The notes below the pieces were generated by a model, which saw only the letters and a list, made by a program, of their open reading frames with translations, was not told the origin of the DNA and ran no database searches. The position numbers and the translations under genes were made by a program. DNA of 64,000 nucleotides from Camelus dromedarius. Its lineage: Eukaryota. Positions 63,299-64,000 of the stretch are shown here, one piece after another. Where the stretch lies: positions 11,844,001-11,908,000 of the forward strand of contig NC_087437.1 in NCBI RefSeq assembly GCF_036321535.1. Direction: 5' to 3'. Within the stretch, counting starts at the first letter, position 1. Each line of letters starts with the position of its first letter.

Positions 63299-63829
63299 CA
63301 TGAAAGATCTCAAGGCCTTGTGGCTGAGCTGTGTGTGACCCCCAAGGCAGGGGGCACTAGACCTTTCTCTTAACCACTATGATTTACTGCTTCTCCTAAC
63401 AGAAATGGGGGGAAAAGAGAAAGTGAGAGGACAGAGATACAGAAAGCCAGAGATGAACACTGACAGAGAAAACAGGTAAGAGAGAGATGGAGACACCCTG
63501 AGGCTGAGGGTCCATGCAATAGCTGTGTTTAGAGGTTATTGATCCTAGCATAACCAAATTGACCCTAGCCATAGACGGTCATTAAAAACAGAGCATTTCT
63601 TAATCCTTGCCTTTTATTTATTATTAAGGACAGAAATCTTGGACAAACTTAGGTTCAGATGTTAGCAACTCAAAGGTGAAAGTTGAAAAATAAGTGTTCA
63701 AGTGAAAAAAGGAAAATTATGAGAAAATGGCAATAATATGGCATAAAATTATGGGTAAGAAGACTGAAAATCAATGAAAGATGTAAAAGACAGAAAGTGG
63801 AGAGACGTCTTGGATGAGGATATGGCAGA

Positions 63830-64000
63830 GATGACATGCTCTTCCCAGAGCCTCATATAAATAAATGCTGATATCAGTGTATTTTATTACCAGTGATGTG
63901 ACCCTGCATCCCTGGGATTCAAGCAGTATCTGCTGGGTTTCTGCACCCTAAAGTTACTATCTTTCCCTTTGTCATTCATAACTATCCTGTGGGAGAGACA
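63830..64000 (-). mobile_element. Old L1 (L1MC/ME-like) 3'UTR fragment
   Basis: 'tctgctgggtttctgcaccctaaagttactatctttccctttgtcatt...tgtgggagaga'. Confidence 0.65.

Overview
This is mammalian nuclear DNA, very probably from a camelid (camel, llama or alpaca), because it carries four copies of a short tRNA-Ala-derived SINE of the camelid Vic-1 type alongside artiodactyl-type L1 3' ends. I find no supportable host protein-coding exon, RNA gene or CRISPR array, so the window reads as intergenic or intronic. It is dominated by transposable-element relics: L1 fragments of several ages, L2, MIR, MaLR/ERVL/ERV1/ERVK-like LTRs and hAT DNA transposons. It also holds a ~640-bp G-rich minisatellite, microsatellites and a few CpG- or motif-rich candidate regulatory patches. 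All listed ORFs are short and either TE-derived or without recognisable homology. I see no evidence of a novel multi-gene system. The most notable structures are an LTR with five tandem CCAAT (NF-Y) boxes in a three-layer nest, a young ERVK-like solo LTR with a perfect 6-bp TSD, an L1 with a twin-priming 5' inversion, a SINE pair within one TSD, and an AP-1 site cluster. Family names come from recalled consensus similarity and need RepeatMasker/Dfam confirmation. Boundaries of old repeats are approximate.
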